In this document: piece after piece, positions 18,232 to 18,365 of the stretch
Numbering within the stretch: the first letter of the stretch is position 1
Layout of the letters: every line of letters starts with the position of its first letter
From: Fidelibacterota bacterium
GTDB lineage: Bacteria; Fidelibacterota; Marinisomatia; Marinisomatales; TCS55
Direction of reading: 5' to 3'
Length of the DNA stretch: 18,365 nucleotides
NCBI GenBank assembly: GCA_027251445.1
Contig: JAPNQO010000052.1
Span: 1 to 18,365, forward strand
Program-made: the position numbers and the translations under genes
Notes under the pieces: model-generated
Database searches by the model: none
What the model was told of the DNA's origin: nothing
Seen by the model: only the letters and a program-made list of their open reading frames with translations

Positions 18232-18365
18232 ATGAAATATCGTAACCTTGGAAATTCTGGTTTAAAAATTAGTGAATTATCATATGGCTCATGGGTAACA
18301 TTTTCCTTCCAAATAGATACGTCTGTGGCATCAGAAATGATGAAAATTGCGTATGATAAAGGAGT
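18232..18365 (+). CDS. Aldo/keto reductase (Kv-beta-like subfamily), 3'-truncated
   Basis: Manual translation MKYRNLGNSGLKISELSYGSWVTFSFQIDTSVASEMMKIAYDKG, a typical AKR N-terminus. Not in the ORF track. Confidence 0.85.
   Translation, partial: MKYRNLGNSGLKISELSYGSWVTFSFQIDTSVASEMMKIAYDKG

Noticed and set aside
1..18365. Alternative genetic code (TGA = Trp or Gly)
   Set aside because: Long ORFs are intact under code 11, Trp-rich proteins use TGG, and in-frame TGA appears only at Cys-equivalent sites.
1..18365. CRISPR arrays, tRNA (including tRNA-Sec), rRNA, IS elements, sel genes
   Set aside because: None seen. Intergenic gaps are short and AT-rich, so any Sec machinery would have to be encoded outside this window.

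Overview
AT-rich bacterial window of mostly + strand genes. It is probably a marine FCB-superphylum organism such as Marinimicrobia, inferred from a T9SS-type C-terminal domain, the gene content and low GC. Gene order: partial SSS symporter, LysM/MORN-repeat lipoprotein, terminator, SplB-like radical SAM, ILVBL/HACL-like ThDP enzyme, penicillin-acylase-family Ntn hydrolase, homocysteine S-methyltransferase, acidic lipoprotein, three thioredoxin-fold genes, PqqB-like metallo-beta-lactamase, GH30 hydrolase, alkaline-phosphatase-superfamily enzyme, partial aldo/keto reductase. The main result is that the ORF track breaks two genes at in-frame TGA codons that fall exactly at the first position of a redox CxxC motif (WATW-U-SSC and FSPG-U-PVC). 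Each TGA is followed at the same offset by a similar GC-rich hairpin containing CGGAGTT, a candidate SECIS. These are very likely two unannotated selenoproteins: a 161-aa TlpA-like lipoprotein (11430..11915) and a ~680-aa multidomain protein (LVIVD propeller + Ig + Sec-redoxin + T9SS-type sorting domain; 12531..14579, minus strand). They flank a Cys-type CxxC redoxin.
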